From the NCBI GenBank assembly GCA_965242695.1, contig CBDESU010000002.1:416001-480000 (forward strand): a stretch of DNA of 64,000 bases, read 5' to 3'. Position 1 is the first letter of the stretch. The number at the start of each line of letters is the position of its first letter. Below the pieces are notes generated by a model, which saw only the letters and a program-made list of their open reading frames with translations, did no database searches and was not told the DNA's origin. The translations under genes and the position numbers were made by a program. Positions 42,510-53,230 of the stretch are shown here, one piece after another. Source of the stretch: Cenarchaeum sp. GTDB lineage: Archaea > Thermoproteota > Nitrososphaeria > Nitrososphaerales > Nitrosopumilaceae.

Positions 42510-44330
42510 TCACCGTCCCTCCACCCCCTTCCTGGCCGACGCAGCGGCGGCCCTGGCGGCGGCACCGGCCGCCACGCGATGCGCCCTGTCCGCGTCGGCC
42601 GCGGCCCGGGCGGCGCCGTCCGTGTCGGCGCGGCGCGCGAGATCGGATGCTCGGGCGACCGCCTCGGCGGACGCGCGGGCGGCTGACCGTGCATGGTATG
42701 CGCTTTCAACGGCAATTGCCGACCCGGTCGGCGCGATTCCCTCGGCGCCATCGACGAGTTCGGCCGCCTCGGACGCAGCGAGGGCAGATTCTGTGGCGCC
42801 GAACGCAGCGCGGGCCGCGTCGCGCGCAGGCCTGAGAGCGGCAGCGTGCGAGGGCGTCGTGCGGCCTGCCTGGTCCCATTCACGGCCGCGCGGCACGGGT
42901 TCGGCGTTGCCCCGTCCGCTCCCTCCGCCCTCGCCGTCTCCGCCTGCGGCGGAAGTGGGGCCGGTTGCGTCGGTAGCGTCGGATTCTTCGGCAAGGACGG
43001 CCGTCCAGGCTTTTTCGTCCCCTCTCTCGTAATGGAAGCGTATCAGCTGGTTTGGGCCGCAACGGATGTCGTACTCCGTGCTCATGCAGCCGGCCCCGCA
43101 GCGCTCGGCGTCGGGCGCGGCATCCCGAGCAGAACCGCCGGCATCGACACCCACGCATCTTACCCGCCCGCAGAATGTTCCGGGCGAATCCACTGCCTCC
43201 TCTAGGCGGCAGTTAATCTGTTCGTGGGGGGACTCTACCGTGAGGCGCCGTCCCTTTCCATCGCCGACGGATTCCCTTCCCGCGCCGCGCGCGCATGCGG
43301 CCGGGTCATCGACCGTGATGCCTATGCAGTCGCCCATCGTGCAGACAATCTTGTCCGCATACATGGTGGGGACTACGCGGTCGATGACGAATGCGGCCTC
43401 GTCGGACAGGCCGCCGCACTTTGCGCGGGCGGTGTATTCTTGTCCGGCATCCAGTTTCTTGCGGCCCATGTCTACGGGTAGGATGAGCGCAGCGGGCAGC
43501 TCTGGCTCTGGCTCTGGCTCCGGCAGCGTTCCGGTCGCCTTGGGCGACAAGCCAAAGATCCCGCCACGGATGGTGACGGTGACCTCCCTGCTCGAGAGCT
43601 GTCCGTAGCCCTCCACCTTTACGCGAACCGCCACGCCAGGCGGATAGGTGTCACGGCAAGGGCGCAGGATCAGGCGGTTCTGCTCCCCGGCCGCGGTGGG
43701 AGGCCGCGACTCAGCGAGGTCGAGGCGGCTCTTCAGCCTGGCCAGCACGGGGCCGAGCAGGTCAGATGCCAGCCCGTACCTTGCCGTGTCGGCCGTCCAC
43801 TTGCCGTCGTCTATGGGTACAGGCCGTTCTGCCCAGCGGATTGCCGCGAGGATGTCGTCGCAGGCCCCGCCGACAAGATGGTCGGCATCGCGGAGGGCCA
43901 GCTTCGACGCGCGGATCGATCTCTCGACGGCATCGCGGAGGGCCAGAAGGTCGCACTCGAACTGAGGCCTGTCCGATGCGCTCACCCCGGACTTGACGCC
44001 CATTCTGGCCAGCATGTCGCAGTAGGACATCAGGGGGCAGACGCTGGCGTGCAGGGCGCGGATTGCGCGCACCTTTCTGGCCTGCCTTGACCTTTTGATG
44101 CTCCCGCGTACAAGGCGGTGGTCGCGCAGGTGGGACCCGATGGTGTGCTCGGCTAGATACGATTGTAAAAACTGAATAAGTACTACTGCAATGGCAAGAC
44201 AGATGCTCAGGTGAAGAATCTCTGGATTGAAGGCAAGAGATTGACCTAGCAGTACGGCGGCGGCAACAAGCACCGATAGCATCGCAGCCATCAGCACATT
44301 CGACAACACTGTCAAAATCCTGTGCAACAA
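42510..44330 (-). CDS. membrane-anchored protein with beta-rich (Ig-like) region and Ala-rich tail
   Basis: Two N-terminal TM helices, beta-strand-rich middle (LEEAVDSPGTFCGRV). Confidence 0.55.
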   Translation of the reverse strand: MLHRILTVLSNVLMAAMLSVLVAAAVLLGQSLAFNPEILHLSICLAIAVVLIQFLQSYLAEHTIGSHLRDHRLVRGSIKRSRQARKVRAIRALHASVCPLMSYCDMLARMGVKSGVSASDRPQFECDLLALRDAVERSIRASKLALRDADHLVGGACDDILAAIRWAERPVPIDDGKWTADTARYGLASDLLGPVLARLKSRLDLAESRPPTAAGEQNRLILRPCRDTYPPGVAVRVKVEGYGQLSSREVTVTIRGGIFGLSPKATGTLPEPEPEPELPAALILPVDMGRKKLDAGQEYTARAKCGGLSDEAAFVIDRVVPTMYADKIVCTMGDCIGITVDDPAACARGAGRESVGDGKGRRLTVESPHEQINCRLEEAVDSPGTFCGRVRCVGVDAGGSARDAAPDAERCGAGCMSTEYDIRCGPNQLIRFHYERGDEKAWTAVLAEESDATDATGPTSAAGGDGEGGGSGRGNAEPVPRGREWDQAGRTTPSHAAALRPARDAARAAFGATESALAASEAAELVDGAEGIAPTGSAIAVESAYHARSAARASAEAVARASDLARRADTDGAARAAADADRAHRVAAGAAARAAAASARKGVEGR

Positions 44331-44586
44331 GGTTCAACCTCCTAGTGGGATTTTGAGGCAACCATGATGTGCTGCGCTTTCGCGCATGCCTTGCCCACCT
44401 CCCCGCCCATTTGTCCGCCCGAGTGCGCGGCTGGCAGAGCCCAGATAGATAGAGCGTGGCGTGCGGGCGGTTCGTGCGCGATAGACGACATTGTCAAGCA
44501 GGCGGGCGGGCGAGCTAGGCGCCACAGTAGGCGCCCGGGTGATGCGGGCAGGCCTTGCAGCGCGAACGGTGCGACGGCGCGCAGGA

Positions 44587-47500
44587 TTACCCATCCAAGC
44601 CGCCTCCTACGCCGCCGCCTGCTCCCGAGTAGGGGTTTTTCCCCTCGTCCTTGAGGGACTCGGCGACGGGGTCGTTGAGGGCGACCAGGCAGTCGACAAT
44701 CCACGCGTACTTGGCGCGGTGATCCGGGAGGGCGCCGTCCGGCCGTTCGCATGTCGAGGCCCTGTATAGCAGGTGCGACACCATCTTGACAGTGGCATCG
44801 GAGAGTCCCGATGTGTCGGCCTGCTGCAGCACCTGCCAGAGCCAGCCGATTCCGCGGGAAAGCAGGAGCGCGGGGGGTGCGTCGGCCAAGAGGGATGCAA
44901 CGGCCTCGACCGCATCCCTGTTGCCGGCAAGCGCCGCGCACCACGACGATATCTCGGCGGCAAGCCCCTCGACAACCTCAAACCTGCCCTCGTCACCGGC
45001 GGCTTTCGGGAGGTCGGCGAATATGAGCAGGGCAAGGATTGATTTTTTCACCCGGTTGTTGCGGTAGTGCCAGGCCGCAAGCCTGGGCCCGATCACCCGG
45101 GGCAAGAGGTGTTTCCATGCGGCCAGCAGGCCTGCCCCCCGGCCTGCCCGCATGCCCCAGATGACGGTGTGCCGCATAAAGTACTCCAGCAGCTGGGGGG
45201 CCGCCTCCCACTGGGAGGCAATTTTGTCCAGGATGCTGTCGCGAAGCTCGGGCCGGCTCTCAGTGTGCGACTCTAGAACCCTGAAAAAGTCGGGGCACCA
45301 CATGTTGCGGAACAGCGGATAGGCCCCCCCGTAGGCGCGGCTCTCTTCGAGCTCCTTGAACACGGCGATCGTGTCGTCTAGCATGTCGTCGATGATGCGC
45401 TCCAGCTTGCGCTCGGTGCCGTCGTCTACGGGAGGGACGTCGCGCAGTGCGGGCAGCACGGCTGTGCGCCCCGCCCAGTCAGCGTGCGACCGTCCGTCTC
45501 CATCCTTTTTGTCGGGGAACCGCCGCCTCGCCCTTGCGATGCACTCCAGCACAAGCTTGTCTTCGCGGCCCCAGAGGACGCAAAGCCCGCGCATCAGGGA
45601 TTCAAGCACCGCGTCGTTGCGCGCATCGGCAAACTTGCGGATCGCATTCCTCGCGCCGCGGCCGCGGCCGCCCCGAAGGTAGCAGTGCGGGAGGGCGTGC
45701 GCAACCGGCTGGGCGGCACTGTAGCGATAGGACGGCCCGGCCCGCGGGTCGATCGTGTTCGCCATGCCCTCAAGGTACTTTAGGCATGCGTTGGCCACGC
45801 CCATTTTGACCGCCTCGTCCCAGCGGTGGGCGACCATGGCCCCGGCCAGGCCGGCCCTGCCGTGCGCTGCGCCGTCTTCGTTGTATCTGGGCCGGGACGA
45901 CAGGAAGCCGCCCTCCGCGGCCTGCTCGGCGTACTCTAGCGCCGACTCTATGGTGAAGGCTGGCCCGATCTCGTTTTTTTCGATAAATGTGTTCAACCAC
46001 ATTGCAAAATCCGACGCTTTTTTGCGAGCCGTCGCCCGCCTCTCTGCCTCTTTTTCGCCGTCGGTAGGGAACCGCCCCTTGTCGAAGGCCGTCCCTGTGG
46101 CCCCGCCGGAGGCTTGGGCGGAGGCGTAGTTGTCACTGTGTGCTACTTTTGACCATAATTCGCAACGCCTCCGGCGTTCTTTCATGGTTTTTTCGTCATT
46201 GACGTCGTCCTTGAAGAAAACGGGGACACAGCCGGGGAAGGCCTCGAGGCCAGCCTTCATCCTGCTCCGGGCTTTATCGGGGCCGTCAAGGAGCAGTCGA
46301 GGAGCAAAACCGCTCAGATCACCTAGCTTGCATCGTCCGCTCGCATGCTGGATTGCCAAATCAAATTTTCTCTCTGATATTTCTCTCCCGTCCGACTGCA
46401 TTGCACGTGTGCGGAGAATCTCGATGGCCACCATGTCTGCCCTTAGCCGCTCTGCATCCATTATCCAAAACGCCGGGTTTAGCAGTATTGGCAGGATGGC
46501 CTCTGCGGTCTTGTCCATGTGCCCGAGGGCGACAGTGCAGCAGACGCCTACGACGGCCGCAGAGTTGGTCGGCTGCAGGACCCTGTCAAAGAGGGCCGTC
46601 GCCGCTTCCTTGCCGTTCTTGATCTGGCTATCAAGCCACACCTCCAGCGCCATCAGGGCCGATGCCACCAGGTTGGAGGCTCGGGGGGCGTGGCCGCCCC
46701 ATGCGAACGCGTATTCGTCGCCGTAGACGTAGACGGGGCCGGAATCGAGGCTGACGGTCTGGGGCACCGGGATGCGCGGGGGTTGAAGAGGGCCACCCGC
46801 CTCCCGTGCCCTGCGCCACTCGCCGGTGACGTGGTTCAGCAGATTGTGCACGAGCGCCAGGCCGTGCTCTGGATGGAATGCCAAAAAGGGAAGGAATGGC
46901 CCCTCATGCGGAGAGGGCAGATCGGTCCACCCGTCGTCGCATATTTCCGGTATGTCTTTGAGCGGCCCAAGGGAGTCAGGGCCTGTGCACATGGCGCGGG
47001 ACAGGACGTCGACCGCAACGCCTGGCAGGAACTTGCAGAGGTACGCCCAGCCGTATTCTTTGGTCAATCCCCGCTTGAAGTGCTCATTGCCGACGATGGA
47101 GGGGCTACCCGATATGAACTTCTTTACCAGATCCGGCGCGGAGGCGGACGAGTACATGATTGTTGCAGCGACAAGGCCTTTGATCTCGTCCGATTCGCCG
47201 TAGTCCCGGCCGAGGATCGCCTCGCCGCCGCGCAGCCAGCCCGCATGCTGTACGGCATACCCTGCGATGCGCCTTTTCAGATCGTGGTTCGCTCCGTTGC
47301 GCGACCACCAAGCGGCCGTCCTTATGAACTGGGCAATGGCCGCACCGCCAAGGCCCTCCATGTTGTCCAAGGCGAACGAGAGGACGGGCGCAAACCTCTC
47401 GTCCCTAGGAAGCTTGTAGTACGCAGGATGCAGGCCCGGCTCCACAATGCCATGCTCCTTTGCGGCCAGAGCCCAGTACGGGTTATCCCTCAGAAACGCG

Positions 47501-49599
47501 CTCGGCAGCGCCGCAAGCAGCTTTGCCAAGAGATCCCCGCCGTTCCTCAGAAGGACGCCGGAGATGGTGCCCAGGTTTGACCAGGCGACATCAGAGTCGG
47601 CCGCCCCGAGCAGGCACTCGCGCGCCCAGACGTTCCTGTTCCCTAGATGCCGACAGTCCTCAAGGAGGGCATTCCACTCGTCCACCGAGGCGTCCGCCTC
47701 TAGCATCTTGGCGGCGCATATCCGCAGCGGGCGGACCAGCCTGCGGGTGTTCGCGCTCCCCTCAAAGAGGGAACGGCGCGGCCGCGCCCACTCGATCATC
47801 CTCGCCAGTGCATAGTCCTCGATCACGTCGTGCGCAAAGGCGAGGCGGTTGCCGACTATTCTTGCAAGCCCGTCCGTCAAGAGGCCGTCGACCGCGTCTG
47901 GGTCTAGATCGTGCGGGTCCGCGGGCGGGAGCCCCCTGTACGCCCGCTTCGCCATGTCGACCAGGATCTTTTCCCTGTCTCGCCCATGCCCCCTTCCCTC
48001 GCGCATCCCGACGCGCCGCAGGACTGCCTCGTTCCAGAACAGGTCAAAGAGCCGCCCCTCGCCGACGGCCCCGGGCACGCCCTCGGAGGTGGCTGGCAGC
48101 CATCTTGCGATCATGTCCAAGTACCCCGGAAGTAACAGGAGTGCGCCAAGCCGTCCCCTGATGGCGCCGCCGAGCTGCGGCAGCTGCCGGCACACCTCGC
48201 CGATCTCCTCGTCGGTGAGCGGATCGACTTCCAGAAGGGAGGGGCGGACGCCGCCGCACCACTGCGCGATCGTCCCCGCCACGGCCTTCATCTCCGTGTT
48301 CCTAGATGTCGCTATGATTTTCCACGCCGCGCCTTTGTCCGACGCAGCCGACGCGGTGGCCCTTGCGTTGTAGTCCGATATGGCAACGAGCAGGCCCTTG
48401 GCAACCTGCGCCTTTTTGGGCTCATACGAGACGCGGTCTAGGCCGTCGATGACTACGTACCGATGCGGGGCCGTTCCGTGCGTCTCAAGTATATCCTCCA
48501 GGCTGGAACGCACGCCGAGCGAGGTGAGAAGCGCCTCTGGGCTGCCACTACCACCGAGGTATTCCGTCCCAAAGAACATTACCGTGCCCCTGCCCGACAT
48601 CTTCTCTGCAAACAGCCTGGCAAGGGCAGACTTTCCGGCGAACGGCTCGCCGTGGATTATCGTCACTGCGCTGGTTTTGACAACCTCTTCAAGCCTCTCT
48701 AGGAGGGGGGCGCGATCCAGTGCGACTTTATTCCCTACCGCCTTTCCGATTCCCGCCATGACGGTGCGCGAGTGGGCGTCGAGGCGCCCCGCATCCGCCC
48801 CGGTCCCTGCGTGGCCGGCAAGGTCAAAGGCGGAGAGCCGCCCCCTCAGGGCCGCCGGTCCTATGGATCCGCCCGTTGACGCCAGGTCGGCCGCCACCCC
48901 CCTGAGGGCATCGAAGAGCTTTGCCGCCTCGCCCCCGCCCGGCTCTGCTAGAGCCCTGCGGCACATTTCCACTGCATTGGTGTAGCCGGCGGCGTCAGGG
49001 CCGTCCATGTCGAGCTCGATCAGGTGTAGGAGCCTGAGGAATCTCCACATGTCGTCGTCTGTCGCTTCCGATCCGGAGGACTCTGTGACCGTGCCTTTGA
49101 TGGAGTTGGCAAATTCGAGCCGGTGCTTGGAGTGGCCGCCGTCCTTTAGGCTGCCCCAGAAGGCGGCGCTGTCCGCGCTGTCGCGCGCCATTTCGGGGAC
49201 GAGGAGGCGGTGGCGGTAGGAGTCGCCGGGGACGGGGGACATCACTATCCCGAGCAGGTCGGCGGACCGGTCAAATGCGATGCCCTCGCCGCCGATGAAC
49301 ATCTGCCAGCATTCGGCGATCACGCCCCTGAAGTCGGACGACGCGCCAGGCCGCAGGCCGTGCTTTACCTGGAGCGACAGCTTGTGCGCGCCGCCGTCCC
49401 TGTCGAATGCGACTACGAGGTCGTCGAGGAGGTGACCGGCGGGGCGGCGCTGGAAGCGGACCTCGGTTATTGTGCCGGCCGCCCCCGGCGCGCCTTCCCC
49501 GCATGCCATAGCGGCAAGGTACACCGCCGCTACCTTGCGCTCGTACTCGTACCCCCCGCCCCCCGTGGAGAACGGGCTTGCCTTGGCCCCGGCTCCCAT
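44587..49599 (-). CDS. nuclease-STAND NTPase (Avs-like) with PD-(D/E)xK-type N-terminus
   Basis: GGYEYE...LDDLVV...LQVKH; Walker A GEPFAGKS; Walker B VVIDGLD; FAHDVIEDY; long helical C-terminus. Confidence 0.88.
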   Translation of the reverse strand: MGAGAKASPFSTGGGGYEYERKVAAVYLAAMACGEGAPGAAGTITEVRFQRRPAGHLLDDLVVAFDRDGGAHKLSLQVKHGLRPGASSDFRGVIAECWQMFIGGEGIAFDRSADLLGIVMSPVPGDSYRHRLLVPEMARDSADSAAFWGSLKDGGHSKHRLEFANSIKGTVTESSGSEATDDDMWRFLRLLHLIELDMDGPDAAGYTNAVEMCRRALAEPGGGEAAKLFDALRGVAADLASTGGSIGPAALRGRLSAFDLAGHAGTGADAGRLDAHSRTVMAGIGKAVGNKVALDRAPLLERLEEVVKTSAVTIIHGEPFAGKSALARLFAEKMSGRGTVMFFGTEYLGGSGSPEALLTSLGVRSSLEDILETHGTAPHRYVVIDGLDRVSYEPKKAQVAKGLLVAISDYNARATASAASDKGAAWKIIATSRNTEMKAVAGTIAQWCGGVRPSLLEVDPLTDEEIGEVCRQLPQLGGAIRGRLGALLLLPGYLDMIARWLPATSEGVPGAVGEGRLFDLFWNEAVLRRVGMREGRGHGRDREKILVDMAKRAYRGLPPADPHDLDPDAVDGLLTDGLARIVGNRLAFAHDVIEDYALARMIEWARPRRSLFEGSANTRRLVRPLRICAAKMLEADASVDEWNALLEDCRHLGNRNVWARECLLGAADSDVAWSNLGTISGVLLRNGGDLLAKLLAALPSAFLRDNPYWALAAKEHGIVEPGLHPAYYKLPRDERFAPVLSFALDNMEGLGGAAIAQFIRTAAWWSRNGANHDLKRRIAGYAVQHAGWLRGGEAILGRDYGESDEIKGLVAATIMYSSASAPDLVKKFISGSPSIVGNEHFKRGLTKEYGWAYLCKFLPGVAVDVLSRAMCTGPDSLGPLKDIPEICDDGWTDLPSPHEGPFLPFLAFHPEHGLALVHNLLNHVTGEWRRAREAGGPLQPPRIPVPQTVSLDSGPVYVYGDEYAFAWGGHAPRASNLVASALMALEVWLDSQIKNGKEAATALFDRVLQPTNSAAVVGVCCTVALGHMDKTAEAILPILLNPAFWIMDAERLRADMVAIEILRTRAMQSDGREISERKFDLAIQHASGRCKLGDLSGFAPRLLLDGPDKARSRMKAGLEAFPGCVPVFFKDDVNDEKTMKERRRRCELWSKVAHSDNYASAQASGGATGTAFDKGRFPTDGEKEAERRATARKKASDFAMWLNTFIEKNEIGPAFTIESALEYAEQAAEGGFLSSRPRYNEDGAAHGRAGLAGAMVAHRWDEAVKMGVANACLKYLEGMANTIDPRAGPSYRYSAAQPVAHALPHCYLRGGRGRGARNAIRKFADARNDAVLESLMRGLCVLWGREDKLVLECIARARRRFPDKKDGDGRSHADWAGRTAVLPALRDVPPVDDGTERKLERIIDDMLDDTIAVFKELEESRAYGGAYPLFRNMWCPDFFRVLESHTESRPELRDSILDKIASQWEAAPQLLEYFMRHTVIWGMRAGRGAGLLAAWKHLLPRVIGPRLAAWHYRNNRVKKSILALLIFADLPKAAGDEGRFEVVEGLAAEISSWCAALAGNRDAVEAVASLLADAPPALLLSRGIGWLWQVLQQADTSGLSDATVKMVSHLLYRASTCERPDGALPDHRAKYAWIVDCLVALNDPVAESLKDEGKNPYSGAGGGVGGGLDG

Positions 49600-50791
49600 G
49601 CGAGGGCGTGGCAGGGCGGCTATTTGTGTCTGTTGCGGAGCTCCATTCTGCGGGCGGGGCCTTGCGGGGGGGCGCGAAGCAGAGTTGCGAGGCTTGGAGG
49701 CGGCCGCGCGGTAGCATCCCCGCACGGTTGCGCATGCGTCTCAATTGAACGATGCCCTTGGACATCCCGCGCCGGCTAGCCGCGGCAGAGATAATGGACG
49801 GGGGCCCGTCCCACGAATGGACGGCGTATCAGGGGCATGCCGGCCCGCATCTGCGGCAGAACCGCTTGTCGCACGCACACCCGGCGCTGCCCATGGGCGT
49901 GCGCACGCCGACGCGGTACTCAGCCGACTCCCCCATGGCCTTCCGCGGGGGCCGAACAGGCTGCGCAGGCGCGAGGCACGCCGCGGGCCAGGGCCTTGAC
50001 ATCCCCTCAAGGCTTGGCACACAAGCTGAGCGCGCCGGTGGACGGGTGGGCATCTATCACAACTGAAACGACCGCCTGCCGTGCTCCCGTGTTGTAAGCG
50101 TCCTGCGGGCGCAGTGCAGGCGGGCTACATTGCACCTTGCCTGCCCGTAATACCAGCCGGTAGTATACCGTGGCGTCTCGCAAAAACCTCGGCCGGTGCA
50201 TGGTACCAGCCAGCGTCTGCCAACGGCATGCAGGGGTTGCGGCCGATCTCCCCCCCTCCCATGTGCCCTATTTGGCTCGACAGAGTGCGATGCAGAACGG
50301 CTCAGACCGAAAGATTCAAAAAGTAAGAGCCAGCGCGGCGCTGTGGCGGCAGGGCGACATCAGCCCCTCTGCCCATATCGCTCGACCCTGTCGCCTGCCT
50401 AGGCAAGATGCCAGGCCGAAGGCGCGAGCGCGGCGTCCTAGACGGGGCGCCCAACAGTCATGCAAGCCGCCGGAGACGGTTCGTCAATCAGGGCGCGGTG
50501 GAGTGTGCCCCCGCACAGGACACGTTTTTTTCAGGCAAGGCATGGGCTACAGCGCGACACGGCGCGGTGGCACCTGCCGCCACTGCCATAACGAGTCGGC
50601 CTGGCGGCAGTTCGACTCGTCAGTGCCCATACTACCGCGCATACTTCCAGCCTCCCCGACATGTACACGTCGGGGGCCAGACCGCGCGGCACGGTACAAT
50701 CGCCAACGACGCAGCAAGGCAGATGATGAGAAAAATATAGGTGGGACAATTTGTTTGTCACCATTGCATCATTCAGTCGCAGATGCATGCC

Positions 50792-50814
50792 AAAAAACAC
50801 ATCAAGATGATGTG
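50792..50814 (-). terminator. hairpin plus T-tract downstream of micro-ORF 2
   Basis: 7-bp stem CACATCA/TGATGTG followed by T6 on the minus strand. Confidence 0.7.
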
Positions 50815-50823
50815 GTCATTGGG

Positions 50824-50895
50824 CTACATCATTTTGTAGACTGAGTCGACTACTAGCAACGATGCCTTTGCGCGTCGAATGCGGTATTTTGTCAT
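50824..50895 (-). CDS. 23-aa micropeptide, copy 2 (MTKYRIRRAKASLLVVDSVYKMM)
   Basis: SD-like GGGGGTG at 50905-50911, TTTATATA at 50934-50941, downstream terminator; 16/23 residues identical to copy 1. Confidence 0.75.
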   Translation of the reverse strand: MTKYRIRRAKASLLVVDSVYKMM

Positions 50896-51120
50896 GCGGT
50901 TCAACACCCCCTGCCCCCCGTCGCCCGCCATACTATATAAAGCCTTCAGTGACATCCGGTAAATGGGGATAACCTACGAAAATGAATAAGTCATGACTAT
51001 GGTGGATCAACGAAAATACTACACAACTCAACTATCCTAATGGGCAAGATCGTGTAACGGTTTGTGGATCCCAAAATATAGGTAATTGGTTTAGATAGCA
51101 AATGCATGGAATGCATGAAC

Positions 51121-51264
51121 GGCGGGAATGTGGGGATTGCTGGGAACATCCGAGGGATCTGGGTGGCGGGAATGTGGGGATTGCTGGGAACATCCGAGGG
51201 ATCTGGGTGGCGGGAATGTGGGGATTGCTGGGAACATCCGAGGGATCTGGGTGGCGGGAATGTG
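51121..51264 (+). repeat. perfect 44-bp tandem repeat x3.3, G-rich
   Basis: ggcgggaatgtggggattgctgggaacatccgagggatctgggt at 51121, 51165 and 51209, plus 12 nt at 51253. Confidence 0.95.
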
Positions 51265-51744
51265 ATCATGTTGAAAATGCCGGAAACGTGGGTGACGGGG
51301 CTACCGCGTGCGGCGCAGGCAGGATGCCGTGCGGTGACAGGCACCCGCACATCACGGCCGCATTGCACAGGACGCGCGGAACGTCCGAGCGCCTCGCCGG
51401 GAACACCGGCAATGCGCTGCCACAGGCAGCGCGGAGATGTGCCGGTGCCTGCAGCAGCCGCGAGCCGCCCGCTCCCAGCCGTCGGCACAAATCCGCAAGC
51501 TATTAAGGTTCGGCAGGACGGGCGCCGGCAATGCTCGTCTCTACAGTCCAAGCGTCCACAGGAGGCAATAACTCACTGGCCGCCCATCTCAAAGGCCGCC
51601 CCGAGGCAGGGAGCTGCTCGAGCCGCCGGCCGAAATGGCGCGCGATGGGTAGCCTCAGCGGGTGCGGCGGAAGTCTGCCGCGGATGCGGCCGAGCGAGGG
51701 GGGCCTGGCGGCCGCGCCGCCGGCCGGGTGCGGGTGACGAAGGC

Positions 51745-52755
51745 GTGGATACGTGGACGGATTACATTCACAGGGGGTCGCGGGAGGCGCGCGTGCGCAG
51801 CCTGGGCTTTGGCGGCAGGGAGATTTTAACGCCGGCCTATTTTCCGTCCGTTTCAAGCCTGTCTCTGAGAATGCCGTGTCGGTCCGCGGTAAAAGTGTGC
51901 AAGGACGCAGGCTATCCGCAGATGCTGGTATCCGCGTATGATCTAGGCGGGATGGGCGCGCCAATCCTCGAGATGCTGTGCGAGTACGCCGAGAAAGGCG
52001 TCCTGCTTGTGGACAGCGGCGCGTTCGAAGCACACTACTCGGGCGGGAAGTGGGGCTTTGACCGCTACGAGCGGTGCATCAAGGCAATCCCCTGCTCCAT
52101 CTACGCAAGCTACGACACAATGCCCAGCGCCCAAGACACCTACGACGCCATGCTGGACAGCGCATGCGACTCTCTTGGACGCTCCTCCGGCATCCGCCCC
52201 GAAAGCAGATGCATGGCAATACTGCACGGGAGTAGGCCCGACGAGACGGTCAGGATGGCAAAGGACATCAGCGCGGGCGGCGAGCCGCGCATGTATGCGG
52301 TGCCCGAGAGGGAGATGGGGAGCACTATAGGCAGCAAGATCAGGACCACTGCAAAGATACGCAGAATACTGACCGGCCGGGATCCCGACAACATACTGCA
52401 CGTGCTAGGATGCGGCGACCCCGTGCTGATGGCCTTGCTGTCGTACGCCGGCGCAGACACCTTTGACAGCGTCGACTGGTCGAGGTGGGCGATCGATCCC
52501 TCGACGTACGAGTGGGTCGGCATTGACCGCCTCGAGTTCATAAGGTGCGAGTGCCTTGCATGCCTGGATGGCGACACAACCCGCATGCAGAGTCGGGCGC
52601 TAGAGCACAACCTGCTGTTCTACAGCGAATTCATGGCGCGGCTGAGGGACGCGATTCTGGCGGACCAGGACTTCGGCTCGATCGGACTCGGCGTTGACAG
52701 CGAGGCACTGGCACGCCTGTCCAAGTGCTTTAGGGACGGGGAGGCTCCCGCATGA
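51745..52755 (+). CDS. tRNA-guanine transglycosylase-like protein (Cap10/DpdA-like)
   Basis: TPAYFP, VDSGAF, HVLG, GADTFDS, CECLAC...HN zinc site; no PUA domain; start uncertain. Confidence 0.85.
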   Translation: MDTWTDYIHRGSREARVRSLGFGGREILTPAYFPSVSSLSLRMPCRSAVKVCKDAGYPQMLVSAYDLGGMGAPILEMLCEYAEKGVLLVDSGAFEAHYSGGKWGFDRYERCIKAIPCSIYASYDTMPSAQDTYDAMLDSACDSLGRSSGIRPESRCMAILHGSRPDETVRMAKDISAGGEPRMYAVPEREMGSTIGSKIRTTAKIRRILTGRDPDNILHVLGCGDPVLMALLSYAGADTFDSVDWSRWAIDPSTYEWVGIDRLEFIRCECLACLDGDTTRMQSRALEHNLLFYSEFMARLRDAILADQDFGSIGLGVDSEALARLSKCFRDGEAPA

Positions 52756-53230
52756 CGGCCACGTCCGGCGCCTCCCGCCTAGGCGCATGCTCAGCGGCGA
52801 GCGGGGGCGCGGCGCCGAAAAGAGGCGGCAGGGGGGCGCGGCGCGGCGCTTCGCATGTAGGCAGGCGGGGGCGGCCGAATGCCGGATCGCGGAGGTCGCG
52901 GTCGGGGCGGAGTTCGGGCCGGCCGCCAGGCGGCCGAGGGGGCGCACCTACAGCGGGAGGCCGAAGGAAGCAAGGCTCCGGCCGCGCTCGAGTGCGGATG
53001 CGGCAGGGGGGCGCGGGCGGCAGGGCGCTTTGGAATGAGGGAGCGGGAAAGAGGGGGCGGCCGTCGGATCCGGTGTGCGCTGGTGCGGCGGCCGAGTGCC
53101 ACTATTGCACGGCGCTGCCCGCCCTGTGGAAGGGATCGCTCGCCGCAAGGAGGCAAGAAGCATCCCAGGGATGCGGGCGCGAGAGGGGGCACCGGCGATC
53201 TGTCCGGAGCCGACCAAGGAGGGGGCGGCT

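Noticed and set aside
51121-51264. CRISPR array
   Set aside because: Units are contiguous and identical with no spacers, and no cas genes are seen.
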